Assembly (NCBI GenBank): GCA_019313905.1
Contig: JAFDAI010000005.1
Location: 2,997 to 66,996, forward strand
Direction of reading: 5' to 3'
DNA length: 64,000 nucleotides
Source of the DNA: Deltaproteobacteria bacterium
GTDB taxonomy: Bacteria; Desulfobacterota; Syntrophia; Syntrophales; UBA2210
The notes beneath the pieces were generated by a model that had not been told where the DNA came from, did no database searches, and was given only the letters and a program-made list of their open reading frames with translations. This document shows positions 49,001 to 59,278 of this stretch, piece after piece. Position 1 is the first letter of the stretch, and every line of letters starts with the position of its first letter. The translations under genes were made by a program, and so were the position numbers.

Positions 49001-50710
49001 CTATACCAGCATAACCGTTGATGCCGCTTCTTCAAGTGTTGTTATGCCCCGAACCACTTTGTCCGCGGCGTCATCTTTAAGGGTTCGAAGTTTTCCCGCC
49101 TTTTTCGCTCCCCGTGCAATCTCCTGTGCCGTCTTTCCCTTGACAATCATCTCCTGGATTGCCTCATCAATCTGCAAGACTTCAAAGACACCTGTACGCC
49201 CCTTATATCCGGTATTCATGCACTGGGCACACCCCCTGCCCCGTTGGAAATCGGCATTTTCAACTTTGTCAAGCCCCCATGCCTTTAACGCATCCATCGG
49301 AGGCGTATATGGCTCTTTACAGTACGGGCAAATAGTCCTCATAAGACGCTGCGCGAACGAGACCAGAAGAACGGAAGATGTGAGAAACGGCTCTATTCCC
49401 ATCTCTGTAAGCCTTGTAACAGCCCCCGCTGAATCATTCGTGTGAAGGGTGCTCAAAACCCTGTGTCCTGTGAGAGCGGCCTGTGTCGCGAGGCCCGCCG
49501 TCTCACTATCTCTTATCTCACCCACCAGCATGACATCGGGGTCCTGGCGGAGCATTGATCTGAGTCCGCTGGCAAAGGTCATACCCGCTTTGCGGTTAAG
49601 CTGCACCTGGCGTATATGATCCACCCTGTATTCAACAGGATCTTCCAGGGTGATGATATTGACATCAGGCTTATTGAGTTCTCTCAGGATTGCGTAAAGG
49701 CTTGTGCTCTTGCCGCTGCCTGTCGGCCCGGTACTGAGTATCATGCCATATGGTTTGACTATGGCTGATTCTATCTTTTCCCTGTCCTCATCAGACATTC
49801 CAAGCTGTTTAAGGGAATAAACCCCTGAACTCATATCAAGAAGGCGCAGCACTATATTCTCTCCATGGATAGTAGGAAGCGCAGATGCCCTGATATTAAT
49901 CTCCCTTTTCTCCATTTTAACTGTAAATCGCCCGTCCTGAGGGACTCTTGATACGGCTATATCCATATTTGAGAGGATCTTTACGCGCGACACAATAGGA
50001 AGCATGAGAGATTTTGGAGGAGATGGAACCTCACGAAGCTTCCCGTCGATACGAAACCTCAGTTGGGCCCTGTCCGCTTCCGGGCTGATATGAATATCAC
50101 TTGCGCCTTCGCGAACAGCCTGCGCGATTATAGAATTTACAATACGGACAACAGGGGCCTCTTCGGCCATATCCTGGAGAGAACTTACACGAACATCCGC
50201 TTTCACCGAAGATATTTCTTCTTCGACATCAACCTCCACCCCTTCCACTCCTTCCAGGATCTGTTGCAGTCCCCCGGTTTGAGCTCCGTACGTAAGGATA
50301 ATCAACTGGTTTATTTCTTTCTCTGAACAAATAACCGGTGTGACTTCCATATTTGCGAGCAACTCTATGGAATCAATAGCGTCGATATCCATAGGATCCG
50401 TCATGGCTACGGTGAGGAGATTTCTCTTCTTTTTCAGGGGAGTTACCTGGTATTTCTGAGCTATATCAAAGGGAACCAGGCTTGCCAGATCTTGGTCTAT
50501 AGGGTATTTTTCGGGAATATATTTCTCAACATTCAGTTGCTTGCTGATCTGGTCTATGATCTGATCTTCTCTGACCCACCCTTCCTGAATCAGATATTGT
50601 CCAAGCTTCAGACCTGCTTTTTTCTGCCCGGGCAACGCCTGTTCCAATTGATCTTCAGTCAACAACTCGGCGTTTACAAGCATTTCTCCTAATCTTTTTC
50701 GTATTCTCAA
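49001..50710 (-). CDS. pilB: Pilus assembly ATPase (PilB/GspE/MshE) with MshEN-like N-terminus
   Basis: RLGEML; GPTGSGKS, TLEDPVEY, LRQDPD, GEIRD, CPYC...CAQC. Confidence 0.92.
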   Translation of the reverse strand: MRIRKRLGEMLVNAELLTEDQLEQALPGQKKAGLKLGQYLIQEGWVREDQIIDQISKQLNVEKYIPEKYPIDQDLASLVPFDIAQKYQVTPLKKKRNLLTVAMTDPMDIDAIDSIELLANMEVTPVICSEKEINQLIILTYGAQTGGLQQILEGVEGVEVDVEEEISSVKADVRVSSLQDMAEEAPVVRIVNSIIAQAVREGASDIHISPEADRAQLRFRIDGKLREVPSPPKSLMLPIVSRVKILSNMDIAVSRVPQDGRFTVKMEKREINIRASALPTIHGENIVLRLLDMSSGVYSLKQLGMSDEDREKIESAIVKPYGMILSTGPTGSGKSTSLYAILRELNKPDVNIITLEDPVEYRVDHIRQVQLNRKAGMTFASGLRSMLRQDPDVMLVGEIRDSETAGLATQAALTGHRVLSTLHTNDSAGAVTRLTEMGIEPFLTSSVLLVSFAQRLMRTICPYCKEPYTPPMDALKAWGLDKVENADFQRGRGCAQCMNTGYKGRTGVFEVLQIDEAIQEMIVKGKTAQEIARGAKKAGKLRTLKDDAADKVVRGITTLEEAASTVMLV

Positions 50711-50743
50711 CTTACAGCCCTTTCTTCTTTTAACAAATAGATA

Positions 50744-52399
50744 CTAACGAGATGCCACATTGGAAAAGAAAACCGTGTCTTCGTCCCAATCCTTAATAAT
50801 TTTTGCGCCTGAAGAGATAAATTGCGGCAATCCGGCAATAGCACTTTGCGCGGACTTTTCATCGGCAAAGCCCTTTTTCAGGATGACGTCAAATTTCAGG
50901 CCCTCGCGACCATTCCAGTAGGGAAATATCTGGATCGGGGACAACTGCTCCGGATATTTTTTGTATAATTTATAAATATCCTCAAGGCTGTCTTTCTGCG
51001 CCACCAGCACCCAGCAGATCCATTCCGACGCGGGGCAAAAATCGGATGGAATCGCCGGAAGATTAACCATTTCTCCTGGTATAATCCTGTCCAGATTCTT
51101 TATATGGGGATTGGCCTTCCCTATCAACTCAATACGATCCGGAGTACAATCTTCACCATATATACTTTCAGCTATCTCACAAATGGTATCATTCTTCTTT
51201 ATGCCCAACTGTCCCAGCGACTCCGGATAACTCTCCCCGGGCAAAAATTCTTTTGCGACAAGAAACGGCTCAGCCGGATGATTCTCCATGGGCAAAGGCT
51301 CTTTTACCGCAAGAGATACCTCCATTGGAGCTTCCACTGGAACGGCAACCGTATTCACCGGTTGAGTTGTAATCTCGTTTCCCGATTCATTTAACATTCC
51401 TTTCTCAGCAGGTGTATACGTTGACTCTGCCGCACTTGATGGATATTCAACTGTTGCAATAAAACGTTTATACCACCCAGACTCAAACCCAAGCAACAGG
51501 ACAACTATCACACCCGCGACGATAGCAACCCACGCAATCTTTCCTGACCTTTCAACGGTCTTTCCTCTGTGAATACATGACCGCACCACGGACCATTTGG
51601 CCCTTGAACGATTTTGAATAATAAGCGCGAGAATAATCTGATGGCAAAGCCCGACTATTTTTCTCGGATATCCTCCTGTGGCACGATATATCGCCCAAAG
51701 AGCCGGAAATGTAAAGCGAACTGAATTACTCCCACCATTATCACCGGCAATATCCAGGCGAAATCGTATCATCGCCTTTGTATCGGCAAAGGTCATAGGT
51801 TGAAGATTATAAGAAAAGTTGATGCGATCCGCAAAACCCGGGTGTTCCTCAAGTACCTGATAAAACTCTTTCTGAGCAAAGATAATTATCTGTAACAGTT
51901 TGTGCTCATTTGTCTCGTAATTGAGAAATTCCCTCAACATTTCAAGGCAGAAATCCGGGAGTTTCTGCCCCTCGTCTATGATCAGCACCAATAGCTTGTT
52001 ATCATTGACCCCTTTACTAAAGAGATAATTCTTGATCTCCTCCCTTAATTGCCATTCTGTAATATCCGCCTTGCCGCTATCGATGCCCAGCATATCACCT
52101 ATGGCACGGAGAAGCTCCACCGGCTTACTGAAATAAGGGTCAAGCAGAAGGTATGTTTCAACATTTTCGTCATTGGCAAACTTGCGTATAATCTGCCTGC
52201 AGAGCGTGGTCTTACCGGCGCCCACATCCCCGATGACGACATTCAGTCCCCGGCGCAGGCGCACCGCAAGCTCAAGATTTTGCAAACATTCTACATGATG
52301 CGCAGATTCATAGAAATACTCCGGATCCGGGGAGTTGGAAAAAGGTTCACTGACAAAATTTAAGATCCCGTAGTATTCCACACGTAACCCCTCAGACAA
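50744..52399 (-). CDS. ExeA/MshM-like AAA ATPase with TM and periplasmic LysM-like domain
   Basis: PFSNSPDP, GDVGAGKTT, IIDEGQ, TGGYPR; C-terminal ANPHIKNLDRIIPGEMVNLP. Confidence 0.85.
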   Translation of the reverse strand: MSEGLRVEYYGILNFVSEPFSNSPDPEYFYESAHHVECLQNLELAVRLRRGLNVVIGDVGAGKTTLCRQIIRKFANDENVETYLLLDPYFSKPVELLRAIGDMLGIDSGKADITEWQLREEIKNYLFSKGVNDNKLLVLIIDEGQKLPDFCLEMLREFLNYETNEHKLLQIIIFAQKEFYQVLEEHPGFADRINFSYNLQPMTFADTKAMIRFRLDIAGDNGGSNSVRFTFPALWAIYRATGGYPRKIVGLCHQIILALIIQNRSRAKWSVVRSCIHRGKTVERSGKIAWVAIVAGVIVVLLLGFESGWYKRFIATVEYPSSAAESTYTPAEKGMLNESGNEITTQPVNTVAVPVEAPMEVSLAVKEPLPMENHPAEPFLVAKEFLPGESYPESLGQLGIKKNDTICEIAESIYGEDCTPDRIELIGKANPHIKNLDRIIPGEMVNLPAIPSDFCPASEWICWVLVAQKDSLEDIYKLYKKYPEQLSPIQIFPYWNGREGLKFDVILKKGFADEKSAQSAIAGLPQFISSGAKIIKDWDEDTVFFSNVASR

Positions 52400-52414
52400 C
52401 CGTCAGATGCTGGA

Positions 52415-54355
52415 TTACCTGCTGGCGCTGACTATACATTTAAGACCATGGCCACTTCTTTCCAATGAAGCAGAAACATCCATGGCCTCACGACGAGTTT
52501 GATAACCTTTCAAACTAACAACAAACCACTTTCCACTTGAAGTATTTCCGATTTCAGTTACCGTTGGAGAATACCCCATATCTGACAATCTTTTTGTTAA
52601 GTTCTCCATGTTGCTTTTTTCTTTCAAAGATGCCACCTGGATCACATATTTACAAGCCCCTTTTTCGGAGTCTTTCGAAATTTTCTCTTTTGTTTTCGGT
52701 GAGCCGGTTTCATTCGATTTGCTCGCTGAAGGTTCTGTCTCAATCTCACCACGTTCTCCATCTTTTTCTGCTTCCCCTGTTTCACTGACCACATCCGGTT
52801 TTAAAATATGTGGCGTGATAAAGATCAGCACCTTTTCCAATTTTTTCGTCTTACTTTCACCTTTAAACAAATAGCCCAGACCGGGGATGTCTTTTAACCA
52901 TGGAACCCCGCTATCTCCTCCTGAACTCCTCTGTTTGCTGAGTCCTGATATAACGATGGTCTCACCATCCTTGACTATCAGAGTTGTATCTGTCTGTTTT
53001 TTGATGATGTACGGGTTTCCCTGGACAGTACGTGAGGGATCAACTTCATCTTTTTTGATCAGTATCTTCATCTTCATGTTTTCGCCGTCAATTACATGAG
53101 GCGTGATTTCCAGACGGAGAACCGCGTCCTCCCATTTAACTTCCTGCTCACCATCTTCATAAGAGACATAGGGTATTCTTTCACCGTTCTCGGTGAACGC
53201 CACCTGATTGTCCAGCGTAGTTATAGAGGGACTGGAAAGGATATTCAGCTTGCCTTCCGACTGTAATGCAGTCAATTGCATCTCAAGGATACTTCCTCCG
53301 ATCTTTCCGAACATCAGCCCAAGCGACGCTGCTCCACCGGCTGCAGTCATGGCGCTACTACCAACAGGAAAGTTAATTCCCATACCCTGTCCACTGATAC
53401 CGGAAGAGCCATACACAGGCACATATCCGCCATCTTTAGGACTCTCCCCCGTCGTGCCGGAGCGTCCACCGGGGGTAATATAATAACTGTTGCTTCCCAT
53501 CGTATTGCCATATACGCCACCCCACTGGATCCCAAGTTCCCGGGCGGTATCTTTGGTTGTTTCGACGATATTTGCCTCTATCCGGATCTGTGGAGTAGGT
53601 TTGTCGATCTTGCTGACCATGGGAATAATTCTCTTAAGATCACCCCTGGTCGCCTGTATAACGAGCGAATTCGTGTGTTCATTTACCGTCACCGAACCAT
53701 AAGGCTCGCCTTTGTCATTTCTGGTCAGGAAACCTTCAAGAGTCTTCTTGAGTTTACCGGAATCTGCATAATCAACGGGGATAACCATTGTCAATAATGG
53801 AGACAACCTGCTCCTCATAATCTGTTGTTCCCTTTGCTCTCTCTGAATCTTTTCCAGCTCGAGATCGTTCTTCAGGTCTGCAACCGTTGTTATTCTTATG
53901 ATATTACCATCCCATACGTATGTGAGCATCCGGGAACGCGCAATACTGAGAAAAGCTTCATCCCACGGAACCCGCCTGAAGTCCACACTGACTTTGCCAG
54001 TTATCTCAGAGTTGATTATTATATTCTGTCTGGCTGCCTTGGCCAGTGCACGAAGGACAACACTTATATCGGTGTCACGCATTATAAGTGTTACCTTTCT
54101 GGTCGGCAGGGCTTTCCTCTTTGTTTTTACATCCCCTGTCATGCCCGGGTCATCCGGTATTTCCAGTGAACGAACCCTGGCAATCGGTGATGTGCCCGTG
54201 GACTTCTTCGCCTCGAGATTCCATTTTTCAAAAAATGTATCTTTCTTTATCTCTTTTGTGCCGGCACAGCCCAGGACAAATACACCAACCATAACGATCA
54301 GAAACAACCGCGCCAATCTTTCTCCTCTGATTACCCTCAACGCTATATCCTCCAT
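52415..54355 (-). CDS. pilQ: Secretin PilQ (lipoprotein) with C-terminal SPOR domain
   Basis: Lipobox VLGC; QIRIEANIVE, ELGIQWG, LRLEITPHV, VPWLKDIPGLGYLF; C-terminal YVIQVAS. Confidence 0.9.
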   Translation of the reverse strand: MEDIALRVIRGERLARLFLIVMVGVFVLGCAGTKEIKKDTFFEKWNLEAKKSTGTSPIARVRSLEIPDDPGMTGDVKTKRKALPTRKVTLIMRDTDISVVLRALAKAARQNIIINSEITGKVSVDFRRVPWDEAFLSIARSRMLTYVWDGNIIRITTVADLKNDLELEKIQREQREQQIMRSRLSPLLTMVIPVDYADSGKLKKTLEGFLTRNDKGEPYGSVTVNEHTNSLVIQATRGDLKRIIPMVSKIDKPTPQIRIEANIVETTKDTARELGIQWGGVYGNTMGSNSYYITPGGRSGTTGESPKDGGYVPVYGSSGISGQGMGINFPVGSSAMTAAGGAASLGLMFGKIGGSILEMQLTALQSEGKLNILSSPSITTLDNQVAFTENGERIPYVSYEDGEQEVKWEDAVLRLEITPHVIDGENMKMKILIKKDEVDPSRTVQGNPYIIKKQTDTTLIVKDGETIVISGLSKQRSSGGDSGVPWLKDIPGLGYLFKGESKTKKLEKVLIFITPHILKPDVVSETGEAEKDGERGEIETEPSASKSNETGSPKTKEKISKDSEKGACKYVIQVASLKEKSNMENLTKRLSDMGYSPTVTEIGNTSSGKWFVVSLKGYQTRREAMDVSASLERSGHGLKCIVSASR

Positions 54356-54361
54356 TAAAGG

Positions 54362-54841
54362 TTATTCTTCTAATAATGGGATGGTAATGCTCATCCCTTT
54401 TATTTTTCCCTCAATAACAACTGCAGAGGGCCTTATATGCCTTACAATATACCCCACAAATTCAAGTTCATCCCCGGCTTCATAGATCACGTTGTTTATA
54501 ATCGCTATCTTTTTATTGCCGATCTCCAGATAACCGGTATATTCCAACCCCAGACCCATAACGTTCACCAAAGAGGTGGTTTCTTTATAAAAAGGATCTC
54601 TCTCCCAATTGCTTTCAGCGCTGGTAACGATATCAGCATAAATCGGGTAAGATTCGCTGTCTTTTAAAATCTCCAAAGCATCCGTTATGAGATTGTCTAT
54701 TTCCGCTGTGCTCTCCGGGGTTACAGTATTTATCAGCTTCGGCGACGAAGCAATAAAGAAGCTATAAACGCCGTACAGAACAGCAGCCAACATGACAACT
54801 ACTATCACTATCTCCCTTGTCGATACTTTAACTCTTTCCAT
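54362..54841 (-). CDS. PilP/MshK-position pilus assembly protein
   Basis: N-terminal TM, WERDPF, AIINN..YEAGD; between pilO and pilQ. Confidence 0.6.
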   Translation of the reverse strand: MERVKVSTREIVIVVVMLAAVLYGVYSFFIASSPKLINTVTPESTAEIDNLITDALEILKDSESYPIYADIVTSAESNWERDPFYKETTSLVNVMGLGLEYTGYLEIGNKKIAIINNVIYEAGDELEFVGYIVRHIRPSAVVIEGKIKGMSITIPLLEE

Positions 54842-54912
54842 AATTTCCTTATAATCTCAACCATAAAGCTCAAAGCAAAAAACTGAAAGTTAAAAGCAGT
54901 CTCACACCTTTC

Positions 54913-55455
54913 TTAACCGATTGCCAGCCATACCTTGAGATAAAATTGCTTGTAGCTGGTTTTCTGCTTTATCTCTATTTCTTCTACCCGCTCCAGAGAA
55001 GGTATCCCTCCCAATTCTACCAGAAATCTTCTGAAATCGAGAATTTTTCCCTTCAGGTGGATATTAATCATTATATCGCGGGACTTCTCTGTCAAGGTTA
55101 ACGCATCTGGACTAACAGACACAACCTGCATATCGCATTCACCAGCTATTTCTTCAAATAGCGGGGCGATTGTATCTATGTCGTTTCTTGAAAGTTTTTT
55201 TATATCAGGTAACGGCAATCTCGCATGAACCTTATTTTTACTCTCCTTCACCAGTTCGTTATAGAGGGGCAACAAAACCTTCTGTTTTTCTATATGTTTT
55301 ACAACCTGTGCCGTTCTCACATCCATGGCGCCAATTGATTTTTGGTGCGGATAAATAGCGACAAGGTAGAAAATAGCAAAGATAACAAGACATATCAGAA
55401 GGTACATCACGCTACGACCGGGAATTTTACCAATATGCGTCTGGATATTCTTCAT
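54913..55455 (-). CDS. pilO: PilO-like protein
   Basis: TM, coiled coil and ferredoxin-like C-terminus (LKGKILDFRRFLVEL); operon position. Confidence 0.65.
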   Translation of the reverse strand: MKNIQTHIGKIPGRSVMYLLICLVIFAIFYLVAIYPHQKSIGAMDVRTAQVVKHIEKQKVLLPLYNELVKESKNKVHARLPLPDIKKLSRNDIDTIAPLFEEIAGECDMQVVSVSPDALTLTEKSRDIMINIHLKGKILDFRRFLVELGGIPSLERVEEIEIKQKTSYKQFYLKVWLAIG

Positions 55456-55463
55456 TTTCAGTC

Positions 55464-57326
55464 CTAAGTAAAATCAATATGTAAGGTAAAGTGAAGCGCC
55501 TCGCTTGCGTGAAAAGGCCCCCTGTTACTTTTATCAATCGCGATTTTTTTAAACATTGGAGACTTCTTAAGTTCGAACACATATTTTGCCAGGGCAGGCT
55601 CAAGAGAACCGGGGTCGCCTTCAATAGCGCCACTTACAGTCATTCTTTCCGTGGAATTCTTCCCTTTTTCCCCGGCAGTTGCCTCCATGTTGGCCTTAAC
55701 AGACAGGAGGCATACATTTTCCGGGGTCAGTTTTGACAACTCTCCTATAACCGCTATGCCAAAGTACCTTTTTTTAAACTTCTTCAGAATAAGCCGGTTT
55801 TCTCTGATTTTAGAAATCATTGCGCGGGCGGGGATTTCAATTGTCTGAACACCATTTTTCAGCTGCTGTTCAAGTCCAACCAGTTTAGTCTTCTTCTGAT
55901 CAACAACACCCCCCGTCCAGAAGAAAATCCCAACAAGAATCAGCATGATCACCGCGAACGCGGAAACTATTACGCGATTAACACTCTTGATACTTTTCAG
56001 TTTTTCCTTATCGCTATATGTAAAGATGAGATTGGGAGTATAAGACAAATCAGATAACGCCAAACCAAGGGTGGAAACGAAGGAAGCTCTATGCGAAACA
56101 GATGTGTTTGATGTAATGTGACCAGAAAATGGATTCTCCGGAGACATAGGATCCAGCACTTCACTTTCTATCCTGAGCTGACCGCCAATATAATCAGCCA
56201 TAGGCATGCAAATATCCATGTCACAGAAAACATATATAAAACTTACACTCTCATTACCAAGAACAACAGCATAATGTTCAAAGGTTCTTTCCACCTGCCT
56301 TACAAGTCGCTCCAGGGCGGAACTAATCATCTCAAATATTTTCTCTTTGCTAAGACCGAAACGGACATTCCCTCCATCCGGTTGAGAATTAGAGCCAAGA
56401 CTGGAAATCAGGTTTTTCGCATCTGCCAGACTCATGGGGGTTGATGCCTGCCCGGATCCGGATTCCTCGCCTGGAGAGATCGCCGTCCCCTCGCCCGAAA
56501 CAGCGGCAGCGGCATACTCTTCCATGAGAGATTCCGCCATGCTGTTTACCCCTGCCCTTATACCTCGCGTCATTACCAGGTTTCCCTCGGAAAAGATGTC
56601 TATGCGCGACGAATCACTTCCGATGTAAAGTGTAGCCACTGTTTGACTATCAAGGGGTATCCAGTTGGCCCTGAACAAATTTTGCATGGCAAAAGGAATA
56701 GCCGTGATGCCGGTCAAAGGGAAACCGATCCCGCTGAAAAGGTCTTCTATCTTATCTGTTTCACGCTTCGAGGCTGTACATACCAGTACCGACAGTTTCC
56801 TGATACCGCTTTCGACCACTTCACCCTGAACTTCAAAATCAAGGATTGTTTTCTCTTCGTCAAAGGGTGCGTTTTTCTTCGCTGTCCAGTAAACAGCGTT
56901 TTTAAGCTGTTTCTTCCCCACCTTAGGTATGCGGATGTTCTGCACTTCTACCTTGTCCGACTGGATAAGGCTCCATAAGTTGAAAATCTTTCCAGAACCA
57001 CAGAACTGTGTAAGCTCCGACTTCAGAAAGCCGGCAAATTCAGAAGAGCTTCTTGACATCCCGGCCTTAATAGGAACTTTTTTATAATCAAGTAATTCCC
57101 ACTGGCCGCTGGAAGGCTGATTCACCTTGACCAACTTCAGCTCATCGTGGCCGATATTCACGCCAACGGATACAGATTTCCCTGTGAAAAGGCCCTGCAT
57201 GTTTTCTTTTCTTGTCTTTTTGGATGGGAAAGTCACTGAAGCGTCAGGTGTTTCACCCGGCTGATCATCATTCCGGATCAGATCAAGCAATTTTTCTGTG
57301 GAAGAAATTTCTTTCGAAGAAGACAA
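55464..57326 (-). CDS. PilM-PilN fusion protein
   Basis: SVGVNIG actin-like start, LYIGSDSSRIDIF; PNL motif, TM, coiled coil and ELSKLTPENV PilN-like C-terminus. Confidence 0.75.
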   Translation of the reverse strand: MSSSKEISSTEKLLDLIRNDDQPGETPDASVTFPSKKTRKENMQGLFTGKSVSVGVNIGHDELKLVKVNQPSSGQWELLDYKKVPIKAGMSRSSSEFAGFLKSELTQFCGSGKIFNLWSLIQSDKVEVQNIRIPKVGKKQLKNAVYWTAKKNAPFDEEKTILDFEVQGEVVESGIRKLSVLVCTASKRETDKIEDLFSGIGFPLTGITAIPFAMQNLFRANWIPLDSQTVATLYIGSDSSRIDIFSEGNLVMTRGIRAGVNSMAESLMEEYAAAAVSGEGTAISPGEESGSGQASTPMSLADAKNLISSLGSNSQPDGGNVRFGLSKEKIFEMISSALERLVRQVERTFEHYAVVLGNESVSFIYVFCDMDICMPMADYIGGQLRIESEVLDPMSPENPFSGHITSNTSVSHRASFVSTLGLALSDLSYTPNLIFTYSDKEKLKSIKSVNRVIVSAFAVIMLILVGIFFWTGGVVDQKKTKLVGLEQQLKNGVQTIEIPARAMISKIRENRLILKKFKKRYFGIAVIGELSKLTPENVCLLSVKANMEATAGEKGKNSTERMTVSGAIEGDPGSLEPALAKYVFELKKSPMFKKIAIDKSNRGPFHASEALHFTLHIDFT

Positions 57327-57435
57327 AGCCCAACACCTCCATTTGTCTATTCTCTAAAAGCCAGGAAAATCACAAAACAATGTTTCAATCTATAAAGCAG
57401 TCAGTCGCAACAAGATGGCCGACAGTTTGTTTTTT

Positions 57436-57660
57436 TTAAGACATTTTTTTACAACGGTATTCTTCGAGAAGCTTTTTGGCTTTTTCCATATAATCTAAGG
57501 GAAAGTGCCTCAAGAGACGCAAACCATATCGAACCTCGGGAGGCTGGGGAATAATGTCCCTGCCTATATAGCTCCTTATCGTTTTAGCGGAAACTCCAAA
57601 CGTTTTCGCCGCATCAGAGATCGTGTAGTACGTCTTCCCTTTTATTATAATCATCGGCAC
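57436..57660 (-). CDS. Small MerR/Xis-like HTH protein
   Basis: YYTISDAAKTFGVSAKTIRSY...LRHF. Confidence 0.75.
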   Translation of the reverse strand: MPMIIIKGKTYYTISDAAKTFGVSAKTIRSYIGRDIIPQPPEVRYGLRLLRHFPLDYMEKAKKLLEEYRCKKMS

Positions 57661-57900
57661 TATCCTCTAATTGCACCCTACCGATTATCCATCCTGATAC
57701 CTTCGCCAATGCCAATCAGTACCGTAACCGTGAGGATCAGCACCTTAGATTCGTACGTACCGTACCTTTCGCACCCTTGTCAAGCATTTTTTGCATTTTT
57801 ATCAAGCAATCTGCATATTCGTCTTTTTCCGCAAATATAAACAATATCTAAATAAAAACGGGCAAAGGCGTGTATGATTACAGCAAGGAACGGGAATAGA

Positions 57901-57927
57901 TTGTCAAGCTTGATATTATATTGACAA
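57901..57927. promoter_or_regulatory. Inverted repeat / back-to-back -35 elements in the divergent intergenic region
   Basis: TTGTCAA-N13-TTGACAA. Confidence 0.4.
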
Positions 57928-58049
57928 GAAACTATTAAAAATATATGAAAACGCCATATTAAGTATTTACAAGATCTGTACACACCATAACAGCATAGAT
58001 GTTTGGCACTGTTGCCACACAGTATGCGACAAACACAGGGAGGGAAAAC

Positions 58050-59189
58050 ATGGATTTCAAACTGTCGGAAGAAATGAAGATGCTGCAGGATATGGCATAC
58101 AGATTCGCCCAGACGGAAATAGCCCCTGTCTCTGAAGAATGCGACAGGGAAGAAAAATATACACCCGAACTTCGGAAGAAAGGCGCGGAAAATGGCCTTG
58201 TCTGTGCGTGGGTTTCGGAAGAATATGGCGGGTCAGGCGTTGGAATTCTTGGCAACGCCCTGGTAACGGAGCAACTTTCCAGGATTGACATGGGTATAGG
58301 TCTCAACATAACAGCAGCCGGATTTGGATGCGAAGCAGTCTACTATTTCGGCACAGAAGAACAGAAGAAAAAATATCTGCCCCCTGTGTGCAGCGGTGAG
58401 CAGGTTAGCGCGGGCGCATTTACAGAACCAAACGCGGGAACAGATGTAGCCGGATATGGAACAAGAGCTGTAAAGGATGGAAATGATTACATAATCAATG
58501 GGAGTAAGATGTTTATCACAAATGGAACCGTCTGTGACTGGATGGTATGCCAGTGTATAACAAACCCTGATGCCAAGACACATCACAAATTCAGTCAGAT
58601 CATTGTGCCGGCTGACGCACCCGGTGTTACAAGAACCAAAATCCATGGAAAGATGGGAATCCGGGCAAGTGATACCGCGGAGATCTCATTGGAAGATGTC
58701 AGGGTACCGCAGGAAAATCTGATCGGTGAAGAGGGAAAAGGGTTCTACCAATTGATGCATTTCTTTGATATAACGCGAATACTGGTATCTGCTCAGGCAC
58801 TTGGACTTTCTCAGGGCTGTCTGGACGAAGCCGTGAAATATGCAAAAGAAAGAACTGCTTTCGGCAAACCTCTTGGCGCCTTCCAGATCACCATGCAGAA
58901 ACTGACAAAGATGGCTGTCAGGGTTGAGGCCCTGAGAAACCTGGTCTACAAAGCCGCGTGGTCGGTCGATTCCGGAAACCCCGATTATCACATAGGGGCA
59001 ATGGCCAAATATTACGGGGGGGAAACTGCTGTATTCTGTGCCAACGCCGCTGTTGAAATACACGGAGGTTACGGTTATATTGAAGAATATAAGGTACAAA
59101 AGTGGTACAGAGATGCCAAGATACTCGAACTTTACGAAGGGACGAAAGAGGCGGAAATAATGACTATCGGCAGGGTACTACAAGCATAG
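58050..59189 (+). CDS. Acyl-CoA dehydrogenase
   Basis: TEPNAGTD, NGSKMFITN, KMGIRAS, IHGGYGY, YEGT; start after GGAGG RBS. Confidence 0.95.
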   Translation: MDFKLSEEMKMLQDMAYRFAQTEIAPVSEECDREEKYTPELRKKGAENGLVCAWVSEEYGGSGVGILGNALVTEQLSRIDMGIGLNITAAGFGCEAVYYFGTEEQKKKYLPPVCSGEQVSAGAFTEPNAGTDVAGYGTRAVKDGNDYIINGSKMFITNGTVCDWMVCQCITNPDAKTHHKFSQIIVPADAPGVTRTKIHGKMGIRASDTAEISLEDVRVPQENLIGEEGKGFYQLMHFFDITRILVSAQALGLSQGCLDEAVKYAKERTAFGKPLGAFQITMQKLTKMAVRVEALRNLVYKAAWSVDSGNPDYHIGAMAKYYGGETAVFCANAAVEIHGGYGYIEEYKVQKWYRDAKILELYEGTKEAEIMTIGRVLQA

Positions 59190-59278
59190 CAAAACAGAGT
59201 CGCACCATTCCTTCCTGACCCTTCAGGCAGTGATGATGGTACCACTTTAAATAAGAAAATCAGAAAGGTGTAACAGTT

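Noticed and set aside
58003-58016. TGGCAC as a sigma54 promoter for the acyl-CoA dehydrogenase
   Set aside because: No GC at the required GG-N10-GC spacing; at most a short TGGCA/TGCCA palindrome
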